Positions 1-9,900 of a DNA stretch of 52,405 nucleotides are shown in pieces. Made by a program: the position numbers and the translations under genes. Origin of the DNA: Candidatus Woesearchaeota archaeon CG10_big_fil_rev_8_21_14_0_10_33_12 (GTDB lineage: Archaea; Nanobdellota; Nanobdellia; Woesearchaeales; CG1-02-33-12); the NCBI GenBank assembly GCA_002762865.1, contig PCYE01000017.1:1-52405 (forward strand), in the 5' to 3' direction. The notes below the pieces were generated by a model. That model was not told the DNA's origin, did not search any database, and saw nothing but the letters and a program-made list of their open reading frames with translations. Positions within the stretch are counted from its first letter, which is position 1, and every line of letters starts with the position of its first letter.

Positions 1-797
1 TAAAACGCTTAGGATGTCCAAGATGGCTTCACCATTTTGGACCAAAAAAATATGAGTTCTGGCAACATGCTGTTGCCTTGCTTGTAAAGCAGGAATGCAG
101 GCTTGGTTATCGTCGGGTAAGCAGATTGCTTAGATTGTTGGGGTTTAATGTTCCAACATATTCTGCGCTTGCCAAGATGGTCAAGAGAATTCCTCTCGTT
201 TTATGGCAGAACATTCTCAAGCTAACAGCCAGCTTTAAAGTGCACATTATCTCTATTGACGGCACAGGAATGTCCAGACCGCTGCCAAGCCCATACTATT
301 ACAGAAGAATTGACAAGCCATATCCTGTGGAAATACCTCTAAAACTGAGCATGGCAATTGGCACAAGAAGGAAGAAAATAGCTGCACTAAGGTTAAGGGC
401 TAAAACAGTACATGATATTAAAGATGCAAAGTATCTTATCAAAAGGTTGCCCACAAAACCAGATAAACTAATAGCTGATAAAGGATATGATGCTGAATGG
501 CTTCATAGATATTGCCATAATTTATCTATGGAGGCAGTAATACCTATGAGAGATTATGGAAATAAGCTAATTTACAGGGGAAAAAGCTTGCGAAGACAGT
601 GCAGAAAAAACTTCAGTAAAAGAACATATCATAGAAGGGAAATGTCTGAGTCTGTTTTTTCATCATTCAAAAGAAGGTTTGGTCCTAGCTTAAGCTCTGT
701 TAAAATATCAGCTCAAAGAGCTGAAGTATATTGTAGGGCTATTGCCTACAATATAATTTGTTGTTTTTCAGGACTTTTTCAACGCAGCCCTCAATAA
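1..797 (+). mobile_element. IS4/IS5-family (DDE_Tnp_1-like) transposase gene, 5'-truncated by the window edge
   Basis: The reading frame of ORF 78..797 stays open back to nt 3 (KRLGCPRWLHHFGPKKYEFWQH...), so the true start lies outside the window. DDE-type motifs are present: IISIDGTGM, LIADKGYDAEW, YHRREMSESVFSSFKRRFG. Terminal inverted repeats cannot be defined from this window. Confidence 0.7.
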
Positions 798-867
798 TAG
801 AAAACTATTAATACATAAGAAACAAAAAATAAAAAAGAGCATATAAATCTTTTAAAAAAACAAAAAG

Positions 868-875
868 TTTATATA
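868..875 (+). promoter_or_regulatory. archaeal TATA box (TTTATATA) with A-rich BRE-like stretch upstream of the 923 gene cluster
   Basis: TTTATATA lies 48 nt before ATG 923. A GAGG ribosome-binding site sits at 907-910. The box overlaps the 12-bp palindrome TATACTAGTATA (872-883). Confidence 0.4.
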
Positions 876-922
876 CTAGTATACATATTTGGTAAATTAA
901 GTAAAAGAGGTAAATGTAAAAA

Positions 923-1147
923 ATGGCAAAAGACATTCCAAAAGCAACAATCGCTGTTTTGCTTGTTCTAACAATTCTGGTTTCAATAATAGGCACATGG
1001 ACTGTATTGGAGTCTATAAGTCAAGGAGAAAAAATTCCTGGTGAAATGACCTCAACATCACAAGGCAATATTAACCTAAATATAGAGAAACCGCATGAAC
1101 CGGTAAAAACAGACGATACAGCAACTATTATGTTAACAATTAAATAA
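923..1147 (+). CDS. small N-terminally anchored secreted/surface protein (74 aa)
   Basis: Short charged N-terminus followed by one hydrophobic helix (KATIAVLLVLTILVSIIGTWTVL). First gene of a same-strand string of envelope proteins. No recognisable catalytic motif. Confidence 0.5.
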   Translation: MAKDIPKATIAVLLVLTILVSIIGTWTVLESISQGEKIPGEMTSTSQGNINLNIEKPHEPVKTDDTATIMLTIK

Positions 1148-1164
1148 AATAAGGAGGATAAAAA

Positions 1165-1788
1165 ATGGATGAGATATCAAATAAAACATTGGCAATCTTG
1201 CTCATTGGAGCAATAGTCATTTCTTTGGGAGGAACATTAATCAGTTTAAATAGGTTGGCTAGGATAAGAATTCCAGGTATAACTGGATTTGCAGAAACAG
1301 ATACGGCTACTTTGGATGTTACAATAAGTGACACAACACAAGTCAACTGGACAACAAGTACTATAGGTTGGGGAAGTGGAACAGTTGTTTACCAAAAAAG
1401 ATGTGAATTAAATAGTTATGCTACTCCTGATGCGGCAAACTGCACAGATTTTACTCCAAACACTGATGGTCTTGTTTTGGAGAATACTGGAAATAAGAAT
1501 GTTTCCCTGAATATAAGCACCAGCAAGGATGCTGCTGGATTCATCGGTGGAACTGCCCCAGGATATCAATGGAATGCAAGCGACCTTGAACCAGGTTCAT
1601 GTATTGAATCAGCAGGATTTGATGCCGCTACTTGGTATAGTGGTTCAACTACCCATAAAGAAGTATGTAGCAATTTCCAGGCAGGAGAAGGTATAGATTC
1701 AATGAACTTTGATGTAAGGGTAATAATAGCTGATGATGCAGTAGGAACAAAATCAGATACAATAACTGCTACAGCAACAGGTATTTAA
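1165..1788 (+). CDS. N-terminally anchored surface protein (207 aa) carrying a P-G-ITGFA post-helix motif
   Basis: GGAGG (1153-1157) lies 7 nt upstream of the ATG. N-terminal helix KTLAILLIGAIVISLGGTLISL is followed by IPGITGFAETDTATLDVTI. Thr/Asn-rich with several N-x-S/T sequons. Confidence 0.6.
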   Translation: MDEISNKTLAILLIGAIVISLGGTLISLNRLARIRIPGITGFAETDTATLDVTISDTTQVNWTTSTIGWGSGTVVYQKRCELNSYATPDAANCTDFTPNTDGLVLENTGNKNVSLNISTSKDAAGFIGGTAPGYQWNASDLEPGSCIESAGFDAATWYSGSTTHKEVCSNFQAGEGIDSMNFDVRVIIADDAVGTKSDTITATATGI

Positions 1789-1829
1789 GCATTTTTTTCT
1801 TTTTTTAATAATTTTTTTAGGAGGAGGCA

Positions 1830-3011
1830 ATGAGCAAATTAAGTAAATCTGTATTCTTTATTTTTGTATTAATTTTTATATCTGTTTTTGCAAAATCTGT
1901 TTTTGCAGTTGGCCTAATAGCATCTCCTAATAGGATAATTGATTTTGAGCCGGGGATTGAAAAAACTTTTTACTTTGAGGTAACTTCCTCAAGATATGAT
2001 GTTAATGTTTCTATATATGGCTATTTGTCAGAGTATGCAGCTATCAGCAAGAAATTAATAAAATCAAAAGATACAGACAGGACATTCACAGTAACAGTGA
2101 AACTTCCGGAAAAAGAGGAAGGATTAAAGCCAGGGCACCATAAAATATGGGTATCAGCAAAAGAGATATTGGGCACTGCAGAATCAGGGGGAAATGTCGG
2201 AACCTCTTCAAATGTAATAGTTTATATTTTGGTTAATATTCTTAATGAAAACAAGTATGTTGAGGTTGAACTCAGTGCACCAAATGTCAACCTTAATGAG
2301 CCAGTTGATTTTGCTGTTAATGTAAAAAGTTTTGGAAAGGAGGATATAAGCAAAATAAATGCAGCAATAGATGTTTACAGCCCGGATAATGAAAAGATTG
2401 CCACGGTTTACACAGAAGAAAAGCCATTAAAGTCTAACACAGAGGAAACCCTGCATGCACAGCTTAGCACAACAGGATATCCTTCAGGAACATATATGGC
2501 TATTGCAAAATTAAATTATGATGGTAAAACAAAACAAGCCAATAATACGTTTAAAATAGGAGAGCTTAATATAAAAATAATTAATTATACAAAAGAGTTT
2601 GAAAAAGATAAAATAAATAAATTTGATGTTGAGATAGAGAGTGACTGGGGCAATAAGATAGAGAATGTTTATGGTAAAATAAAGATAAATAACAAAAGTA
2701 TTCAAACACCTAACATAGATTTAGGTTCTTGGGAGAAAAAAACAATAACTGCTTATTGGGATACTAACAATATTGAAATTGGCTCCTATGATGCTGAGAT
2801 GACAGTTTATTATGAGGACAAAACAACAGTAGAAACAGGCATGGTTAATGTCATTGAGAAAAAAGAAGCATTTGTTGAAAACCCAAGTGTAATAAGCCTT
2901 AGTACAACAACAATCTTAATACTAATTATTATCCTGCTTATTATTATAGATATTGTTTGGATTATCAAAAAAGGAAAAAGTAAAGAAAAGCAAAAGACAG
3001 GAAAGAAGTGA
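1830..3011 (+). CDS. secreted CARDB/Ig-like beta-sandwich surface protein with C-terminal TM anchor (393 aa)
   Basis: AGGAGGAGG SD at 1819-1827. Signal-peptide-like N-terminus (VFFIFVLIFISVFAKSVFAVG). C-terminal hydrophobic helix plus Lys-rich tail (ILILIIILLIIIDIVWIIKKGKSKEK). Repeated beta-rich modules in between. Confidence 0.6.
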   Translation: MSKLSKSVFFIFVLIFISVFAKSVFAVGLIASPNRIIDFEPGIEKTFYFEVTSSRYDVNVSIYGYLSEYAAISKKLIKSKDTDRTFTVTVKLPEKEEGLKPGHHKIWVSAKEILGTAESGGNVGTSSNVIVYILVNILNENKYVEVELSAPNVNLNEPVDFAVNVKSFGKEDISKINAAIDVYSPDNEKIATVYTEEKPLKSNTEETLHAQLSTTGYPSGTYMAIAKLNYDGKTKQANNTFKIGELNIKIINYTKEFEKDKINKFDVEIESDWGNKIENVYGKIKINNKSIQTPNIDLGSWEKKTITAYWDTNNIEIGSYDAEMTVYYEDKTTVETGMVNVIEKKEAFVENPSVISLSTTTILILIIILLIIIDIVWIIKKGKSKEKQKTGKK

Positions 3012-3436
3012 TTACAGTGAAAAAAAATTATTTTTTTATTTTATTGTTTGTTATTGCAATAATAAGCATAACTGCAACAATGCTTTTTTATTCATTTTAC
3101 ATAATAGTAGATATAAGAGAATTCAATATGACTCTTATGGTAGGGGACCATGCTGGGTTTGATGTAGATAGTGAGAGATTAGCCTTTGGGATGGCTAGTC
3201 CTGGAGACAATTCATGCACAAGATATATTTTTGTATCAAATAAAAAAGATTATCCCTTAAATGTTTATATTAATTTTTATGGCAAACTCGCAGAATGGGT
3301 TACTGTATCAGACAATTACTTTATTTTAGAGCCAGGTGAGGAAAAGAAACTATCATTCTCAGCAAGTGCACCAGAAGGTTCAGCTTACGGCAACTATACT
3401 GGCACAGCAAGATTTACTTTTAAGAAAATTGTTTAA
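3008..3436 (+). CDS. small membrane-anchored beta-sandwich protein (142 aa, GTG start)
   Basis: The start overlaps the stop of the upstream gene (GTGA). N-terminal TM helix (YFFILLFVIAIISITATMLFYSFYII). The C-terminal domain resembles the CARDB/NEW3-like module (FILEPGEEKKLSFSASAPEGSAYGNYTG). Confidence 0.5.
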   Translation: MITVKKNYFFILLFVIAIISITATMLFYSFYIIVDIREFNMTLMVGDHAGFDVDSERLAFGMASPGDNSCTRYIFVSNKKDYPLNVYINFYGKLAEWVTVSDNYFILEPGEEKKLSFSASAPEGSAYGNYTGTARFTFKKIV

Positions 3437-3492
3437 ATGATTTGCTGGATTTTTAGCTCTGATAATTTTAGTTGATAATCAACAACAAAAGG

Positions 3493-3500
3493 TTTATATA
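3493..3500 (+). promoter_or_regulatory. TATA box (TTTATATA) for the 3529/4085 transcription unit, flanked by TGATAAT repeats
   Basis: The TATA box ends 28 nt before ATG 3529, which suggests a leaderless or near-leaderless mRNA. GTTGATAAT occurs at 3471-3479 and 3509-3517, and TGATAAT also at 3460-3466. Confidence 0.4.
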
Positions 3501-3528
3501 TGAGTTATGTTGATAATAAACATAAACC

Positions 3529-4098
3529 ATGTTTTCAGAAATTAAAAAAGAGATAAAACAACTAAGAGAAATCTGCAGGGAAAAAGAGGTTGTTGATGTA
3601 GTTCTGCTAAGGTGTAGTGAAAAAGAAAAAACAAGCAAAATTGATTTGACAATAGTCTTTAAGGATAAAAAAACTGATTATAACAATAAGATTTTTCTTA
3701 AAATAAAAAAAATTTTTAATAAAAATCAAGCAAAGGTTAATATTAATTCTTTGCTTGCTGAGGATTTGTTTAAAGAGCCACTTTTTTTGGAGTTAGTCCA
3801 AAATGGGTTCAGCATAAAAAATAGTAAGCTTATCAGTAAAACACTTGATGTAGAAACCCTTGTTTTATTGACATATGATTTAAAGACACTTGACCATTCT
3901 AAAAAAACCCTTTTTGGTTATGCATTGAAAGGGAGGAAAGGCCAAAAAGGTTTCTTAGACCATTTAAATGGAAATGTTGTTGGAAGAAACAATGTTTTGA
4001 TTCCAATAAATAAGCTTAGTGAGTTAAAGGAATTTTTGAATACATGGCAGGTCAAATATTTTATTCAAAAATTTCTGAGGATACATGAAGGGGAATAA
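3529..4098 (+). CDS. hypothetical cytoplasmic protein (189 aa)
   Basis: Lys-rich soluble ORF that overlaps the start of the 960-aa adhesin gene by 14 nt, which implies co-transcription. No motif I can assign with confidence. Confidence 0.45.
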   Translation: MFSEIKKEIKQLREICREKEVVDVVLLRCSEKEKTSKIDLTIVFKDKKTDYNNKIFLKIKKIFNKNQAKVNINSLLAEDLFKEPLFLELVQNGFSIKNSKLISKTLDVETLVLLTYDLKTLDHSKKTLFGYALKGRKGQKGFLDHLNGNVVGRNNVLIPINKLSELKEFLNTWQVKYFIQKFLRIHEGE

Positions 4099-6967
4099 AA
4101 TAAGAAAAAAGGAAAGAGAAAATGGCTGGAGAAAAATAAAGAGCAAACACCATCTCTCAAATAATATAGTTGCCTTGCTAGTATTATTATTCATGTTGAC
4201 ATCTCTATTTTTTAACTTGATTATTTATAAAAATACAGAAACTCCTGCTAAACTTCCTAAAATAACTGGCAAGGCTTCAGAAGCAACAATCCGTCTTTGT
4301 ATAGGTGCACCGCCACCATATGTAACTGTTATTTACCCAGATGGTGGGGAAGTTATAAACGGAACAATAGTTGTGAATGCAACTGCAACACAAGCAGATG
4401 AAGATGAAGATACCAACTTAACTTTTACTTATGCTAATTTTGAGCACCTTATTGGAATTGATATTGATGAAAGTGATATATATTACAACCACAGCTGGGA
4501 TACAACAGCAATAGATGACGGAAACTGTAATTATAAAATATTTGCTCAGGCATATAGCAACAAGTCTGTATGTGGGGGAGTTTCAGGCACTGATGGTTCT
4601 AATTCTTATTTTTCAGTAAACAACATAGATGTTGAGCCAACCTGGAATAATTTCAAGAATAATCTAACAACTAATTTCTCAGAGTTTGAAAACTCATTAG
4701 AACTAGGCGATTGGACAATGATAGAAAATGCAACAATTGGTATTCTAGAAAAAGGATTAATAAATTTCTTAGCTCAAACAATAAACTTTGATGATGCTGA
4801 CTTTGATTCACATATTAACATATCATTTAATTATATCAGCCTTGATTCATCTGCTGATGCACTGCCATGCCTGAATAGGCCCGCAATACTGACTTTAAAT
4901 AATATAAGCTTTATACAGCCAAAAATACTAGCAGATAGTGAAAATTGCTCAAGCCCTCAATGCACAATAATAAATTATTCCAATGGAAATTTGGTATTTA
5001 GTGTAACAGATTTCTTATATTCCTATTCTTCTGTTGAGAATGCAAGTTTAAATCTTAATATATGGTACCAGCCAGAGAATATTACAAAATACATAAATGA
5101 AAATGTAACATTTTTTGCTAATCTTAGTGACAGTGCTTATGCCAATCCTATTAATGGAACAGGAACATACTGCAATATTAAATTCAACCTGACAGGTGAC
5201 TATACATCCTTTATTGATATGAACTTTAATCACAGTTCTTTATTATATGAATATAACAGGTCTTTTAGCTCGCCAGGAACATTTAATTACATTGTTTTCT
5301 GTAATGATTCTTATTATAATCTTGGAACAATAAGCAAAACAGATAATTTCACAATAACCAACAGGGATCCTGTTTTAATCTCAATTATGCCCAATGAGAC
5401 ATGGAATGAGGACACAATACTTACTGGCCGTGACCTGGATGATTACTTTATAGAGCCTGATGGAGAAACATTAACATTCATAAGTACAAGCATTCCAAAT
5501 ATTAATGTTTCAATAAACAATGTAACACATGTTGTTACATATATTCCTCAGGCAAATTTCTATGGCAACAGGACAATAAAGTTTTATGCATATGATCCTC
5601 ATAATGCCAGAGCAGAAAGCAATATAGTTTATTTGTTTGTAATAGACGTCCCAGAACCTACTCCTTCTACTAGTGGAGGTGGTGGTGGAGGGGGAACAAG
5701 AATAATATGTGAGGAATATTGGGAATGTACTAATTGGGGAGCATGCCTTCCATCAGGGATAAAGACAAGAACATGCAATGATCTTGCGGAATGTGGAACA
5801 GAGTTTAAGAAACCATTTGAGAGCATGGACTGTGAGTATATTGGAACATGCTCTGACCTTATAAAAAACTGCCATGAAGATTTATGTGAAATAGGTGTAG
5901 ATTGCGGAGGATCATGTCCTGCCTGTCCAACATGTTTTGACGGCATACAAAACCAGGGCGAAACAGGGATTGATTGCGGCGGCCCATGCCCTCTATGTAA
6001 AACATGTTTTGACGGCATACAAAACCAGGGCGAAACAGGGATTGATTGCGGCGGGCCTTGCCCTGCATGCCCAAGCTGTTCTGATGGAATAAAAAACTGC
6101 CATGATAGTCTGTGTGAAGAAGGTGTAGATTGTGGAGGACCATGCTCGGTATGCAAGGAAATAGAAATTCCTGCTGTTGTTAAAAGAGCTGTATGGCCAA
6201 CTATTTTACTATTAGGTATGCTTATTTCAGCAACAATATTTGTTATAATCAAATATCATAAGTATTACCAGCCTTTCATTGCAAAAATATTAATGAAGTT
6301 TATGCCTTTAATTGAGTTGTTTAAGAGAAAGAAAAAGATTGTGCCAGAGGAATTAAGAGTAAGGGAATCAATATTATCAAGATTAGACAAGCTTGAGAAA
6401 AACATTGATAAGAAAAGCATAGAAGAGCTTTCAAAGGAATTTGTTAGAATAATTAGAGATTTCTTGAATGAACTGCTAAAGATAGATTATGAGTTTACAT
6501 ATGAGGAATTCTGCAAGGAAATAGAAAAACACAAAATTTCAATGCCATTAAGGATAATGCTCATAACCTTTTTCAAAAAAATATCTGAAATAAGCTACAA
6601 GGGCTATAAGATGAAAAAGCCAGAGTTAAAGGAATTAATTAAAGAGGCAAAAATTATAGTCAAGTTTGGCTCAGAGGAATACTTGGAAGGGAAAACAGAA
6701 AAAGAAGAGCCAAAGGAAAAGGGATTAAAGAAAAAACAAAAGATTAAGAAAGAATCCATGTTAATGCTGGAAATATACAAGGATTTGATTAAAGCAAAAA
6801 AATCAATAAGAGAATCAGATATTGATTCTGTAAAGCTTGCTTACCTCAGGATAAAAGAGCTTTATGAAGAGCTGCCTGTTAATAAAAAAAGAAAAATCTA
6901 TAAAAAAATTGCTGGGCTATATGGCAAGATAAAGGAAAAAGAGCTGGGTAAGATTAAAATAAATTAA
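4085..6967 (+). CDS. 960-aa type-I-like surface adhesin: N-terminal helix, sequon-rich ectodomain, poly-Gly linker, Cys-rich modules, TM helix, Lys-rich cytoplasmic tail
   Basis: N-terminal helix (IVALLVLLFMLTSLFFNLIIY) followed by LPKITGKA. Many N-x-S/T sequons. SGGGGGGGT linker (about 5672-5698). Four C-x-DG-x-N...DCGG-x-C-x-x-C modules (5849-6160). TM helix VWPTILLLGMLISATIFVII (about 6191-6255). About 235-aa charged tail. Confidence 0.8.
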   Translation: MKGNKIRKKERENGWRKIKSKHHLSNNIVALLVLLFMLTSLFFNLIIYKNTETPAKLPKITGKASEATIRLCIGAPPPYVTVIYPDGGEVINGTIVVNATATQADEDEDTNLTFTYANFEHLIGIDIDESDIYYNHSWDTTAIDDGNCNYKIFAQAYSNKSVCGGVSGTDGSNSYFSVNNIDVEPTWNNFKNNLTTNFSEFENSLELGDWTMIENATIGILEKGLINFLAQTINFDDADFDSHINISFNYISLDSSADALPCLNRPAILTLNNISFIQPKILADSENCSSPQCTIINYSNGNLVFSVTDFLYSYSSVENASLNLNIWYQPENITKYINENVTFFANLSDSAYANPINGTGTYCNIKFNLTGDYTSFIDMNFNHSSLLYEYNRSFSSPGTFNYIVFCNDSYYNLGTISKTDNFTITNRDPVLISIMPNETWNEDTILTGRDLDDYFIEPDGETLTFISTSIPNINVSINNVTHVVTYIPQANFYGNRTIKFYAYDPHNARAESNIVYLFVIDVPEPTPSTSGGGGGGGTRIICEEYWECTNWGACLPSGIKTRTCNDLAECGTEFKKPFESMDCEYIGTCSDLIKNCHEDLCEIGVDCGGSCPACPTCFDGIQNQGETGIDCGGPCPLCKTCFDGIQNQGETGIDCGGPCPACPSCSDGIKNCHDSLCEEGVDCGGPCSVCKEIEIPAVVKRAVWPTILLLGMLISATIFVIIKYHKYYQPFIAKILMKFMPLIELFKRKKKIVPEELRVRESILSRLDKLEKNIDKKSIEELSKEFVRIIRDFLNELLKIDYEFTYEEFCKEIEKHKISMPLRIMLITFFKKISEISYKGYKMKKPELKELIKEAKIIVKFGSEEYLEGKTEKEEPKEKGLKKKQKIKKESMLMLEIYKDLIKAKKSIRESDIDSVKLAYLRIKELYEELPVNKKRKIYKKIAGLYGKIKEKELGKIKIN
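5930..6073 (+). repeat. near-perfect 72-bp (24-codon) tandem duplication inside the Cys-rich region
   Basis: ACATGTTTTGACGGCATACAAAACCAGGGCGAAACAGGGATTGATTGCGGCGG... occurs at 5930 and again at 6002. It encodes CFDGIQNQGETGIDCGGPCP(L/A)C twice. Only a few mismatches, all near the 3' end of the unit. Confidence 0.95.
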
Positions 6968-6977
6968 ACAATTAAAA

Positions 6978-9900
6978 ATGAAAAAGGCAAAAAAAGAAAT
7001 AAATAAGAAACAGTTGAAGTCAATAGTAACTCTGTTTTTAGTACTTAGTGTTATATATTCTGTTGCCCTAACAAACCAAAGAGGGGTTGAACCCTTTATA
7101 CAAGGGATTAGCAAGGGCACAAATAACCTTATTAATTTTGTCCGAAACCCAAGCATAACTGGCTTTGCTACAATCTTTGCCAACAACCAACCATATTTTG
7201 ACCCAAGTCCCCCTGATTATAACCTTACAGAAGATGTGCTCTTTGAGGTTCAGTTAAATGCAACTGACCCAGATAATGATACAATTATCTTTACAGATAA
7301 TTCTGATGCGCCTGAAGTTAACTGGTTAGTATTTAGTATGAATGGCACTGGCTTTATTTCTTTCACACCAACAAATGATGATGTTGGTGGTCATACAGTA
7401 GGAATTAGTATTGAGGATAGCATTAATGATCCTGTAACAGAGAATGTTATTTTCAGTGTGATTAATGTTAATGATCCACCACATATAGTAAACTGGACAC
7501 CAGTAAGCCTGACTCCAGGGACAACAGAAAACAACAGCATTGGTTTCTCATTTGAGTATAATGCAACAGATCCAGACTTGCCATATGGTGATATTTTAAT
7601 TACAAGATGGATTGTTGATGGAGTTATTGATTCAATAACAGTTAATGAAACCAGCGGCTCTTGGAGCTTTACAACAGGATTTTGCGAGCCCCGCAATAGA
7701 AATATAACCCTTGAAGTAAGTGATACATCAAATGAGACAGATATTGTAACATGGAATCTAAGCATAACCAATGTCAATAGAGAGCCGGCATGGAATGGAA
7801 CAATCAATAATATACTTTGGGAGGAAGATAATAATTTAATAAATAATATAAGCCTAGACAATTATTTCTATGACTCTGATTATAGCGAGTGTGGTGATAA
7901 TCCAAGCTTTTCATCAACAGGCAACACAAACATAACAATAAGCATAGACTCATCAACACCACATAGTGTAAGCTTTTATCCTGACTCAGACTGGTTTGGT
8001 ACAGAAGAAGTATTTTTCACAATAGATGATAGCTATGCAACAGCAGATAGCAACAATTTAACATTAAATGTTACTAATGTTCAGGATCCTCCAGAAATAG
8101 AGTTAATACCAGACCAACAAGCATATACCTATGTTTTGTTTAGTTATCAGGTAAATGCATCTGACACTGATAATGATATATTAACATATTATGATAACAC
8201 AACCTTGTTTAACATTAGCTCAATAACAGGGCTTATTAGCTTTACTCCAACAGCTGATAATATTGGCAATTACTCAATAAATATAACAGTAGGTGATGAA
8301 ATAGATAATGCATCTACATTAATGAGTCTTTCAATTCTTAATAATACTGTTCCAGTAATTGATCCAATAGCTAACCAGAATGTTGAAGAGAACACCTTAT
8401 TTGAATTAACAGTAAATGGATCTGATGCTGATGGGGATATCCTTGCATTCTCAAGCAATTATAGCAAAATGCTGAATCCTATATGGAGCAATGCAACATC
8501 TGCAAAATTCAGCTTTACTCCTCTTGACGGAGATAATGGAAACCATACAATACTTGTCACAGTAACTGATGCAAGAGGTGCAACAGATTCAACAACCTTT
8601 GTACTTGAGGTAATAGATGTCAATAACCCTCCTGTGCTTGATCCAATAGGAAACAGGATAGCAAAAATAAACCATACATTCAGCTTAAAAGCAAATGCAT
8701 CTGATCCTGACAATGGTGATACATTAATGTTTAGTAATAATGATACTGCCCTTTTTACAATACATTGGTCAACAGGCATGATTGGGTTTACCCCAGATGA
8801 TGGTGATGAAGGAAACCATTCAGTAAATATTTCAGTAACAGATGATGCAACAATACCAAAAATAGATTATGAAGTTGTGATATTTGAAGTCACAAAAAAT
8901 AGGGCTCCTGTAATTGACCCTATAGGTAACCAAACTGCAACAGAAGACTCAGAATTCAATCTAACAGTAACAGCATCTGACCTTGATGAAGATCCCTTAA
9001 TATTTAGTGACAATGCTTCTTTTTTTGATATTAATTCTTCAACAGGATTTATCAGCTTTATACCAAATGCAAGCCAGGTTGGTGTTTATCAGATACAAAT
9101 CAATGCAACAGATAGTGACAACGCAACAGGAACAGCAACTTTCTGGCTGAATATCAGCGAGGTAAATGATGCCCCTTATTTTTATCCTGCTCTTGCAAAT
9201 CAGACAGCAATAGAAGGAATCTTATTTTATTATGATATTAATGCAACAGATGAAGAAGGTGATACATTAACTTTCAGCAACAATAACACAGCCTTGTTTA
9301 CTATTGATCCTAATACAGGAGTTATATCTTTTACCCCAACAAATGATGATGTTGGGAATTATTCAATAAACATTTCAGTAACTGACAACAATAGCATAGC
9401 AAGCTCTGTTATAATACTCACAATATTAAACATTAACAATGCCCCAAATATAATCTCATACACTCCTGTTAACTTAACACCAAACACAGCAGAGAATTCA
9501 TCATTGCAGTTTAACACAACAGCAGAAGATGAGGATTTAATTCATGGGGATAGTTTAGCATATACATGGTATCTAGATTCTGTTAACCAGTCATCAAACC
9601 ACTCATGGCTTTATGAGCCTGACTTTGCAGCAGCTGGGCAACATAACATAACAGTAATAGTTTCTGATAACTCTAATGAAACAGACAGCGTAACATGGAA
9701 TGCTAGTGTCAGCAATACAAACAGGCTTCCAAGGTTTGGGATAAATACACAAACAACTGAAGCAGATTTCAGCTCTGGAACAAATAGCAACACAAACACA
9801 ACAGTACAGAGTGGAGATGTAATACTAAATAAACAGGATGGAACCAATTATTATGCATCTGGCACATTCACTTCTTCTGCAATAGATCTTTTGGCAGAGG

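Noticed and set aside
2953-3162. 69-aa alternative-frame ORF spanning the 1830/3008 gene junction
   Set aside because: It overlaps two better-supported genes, and its product has no membrane or secretion logic that would fit the cluster.
5672-5698. Poly-Gly-encoding G-rich run (and the similar one near 10450) as a phase-variation slippage tract
   Set aside because: The run is interrupted (GGAGGTGGTGGTGGAGGGGGA) rather than being a pure homopolymer. It is more simply explained as a flexible Gly linker between domains.
5629-6252. 207-aa and 94-aa minus-strand ORFs (5629..6252, 5859..6143) with repeated PPQS(I/T)PVSPWFCMPSKH segments
   Set aside because: They lie antisense to the Cys-rich modules of the 960-aa adhesin. 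The repeats simply mirror the 72-bp coding duplication, and the local GC-rich composition keeps the antisense frame open. The plus-strand product has coherent domain logic.
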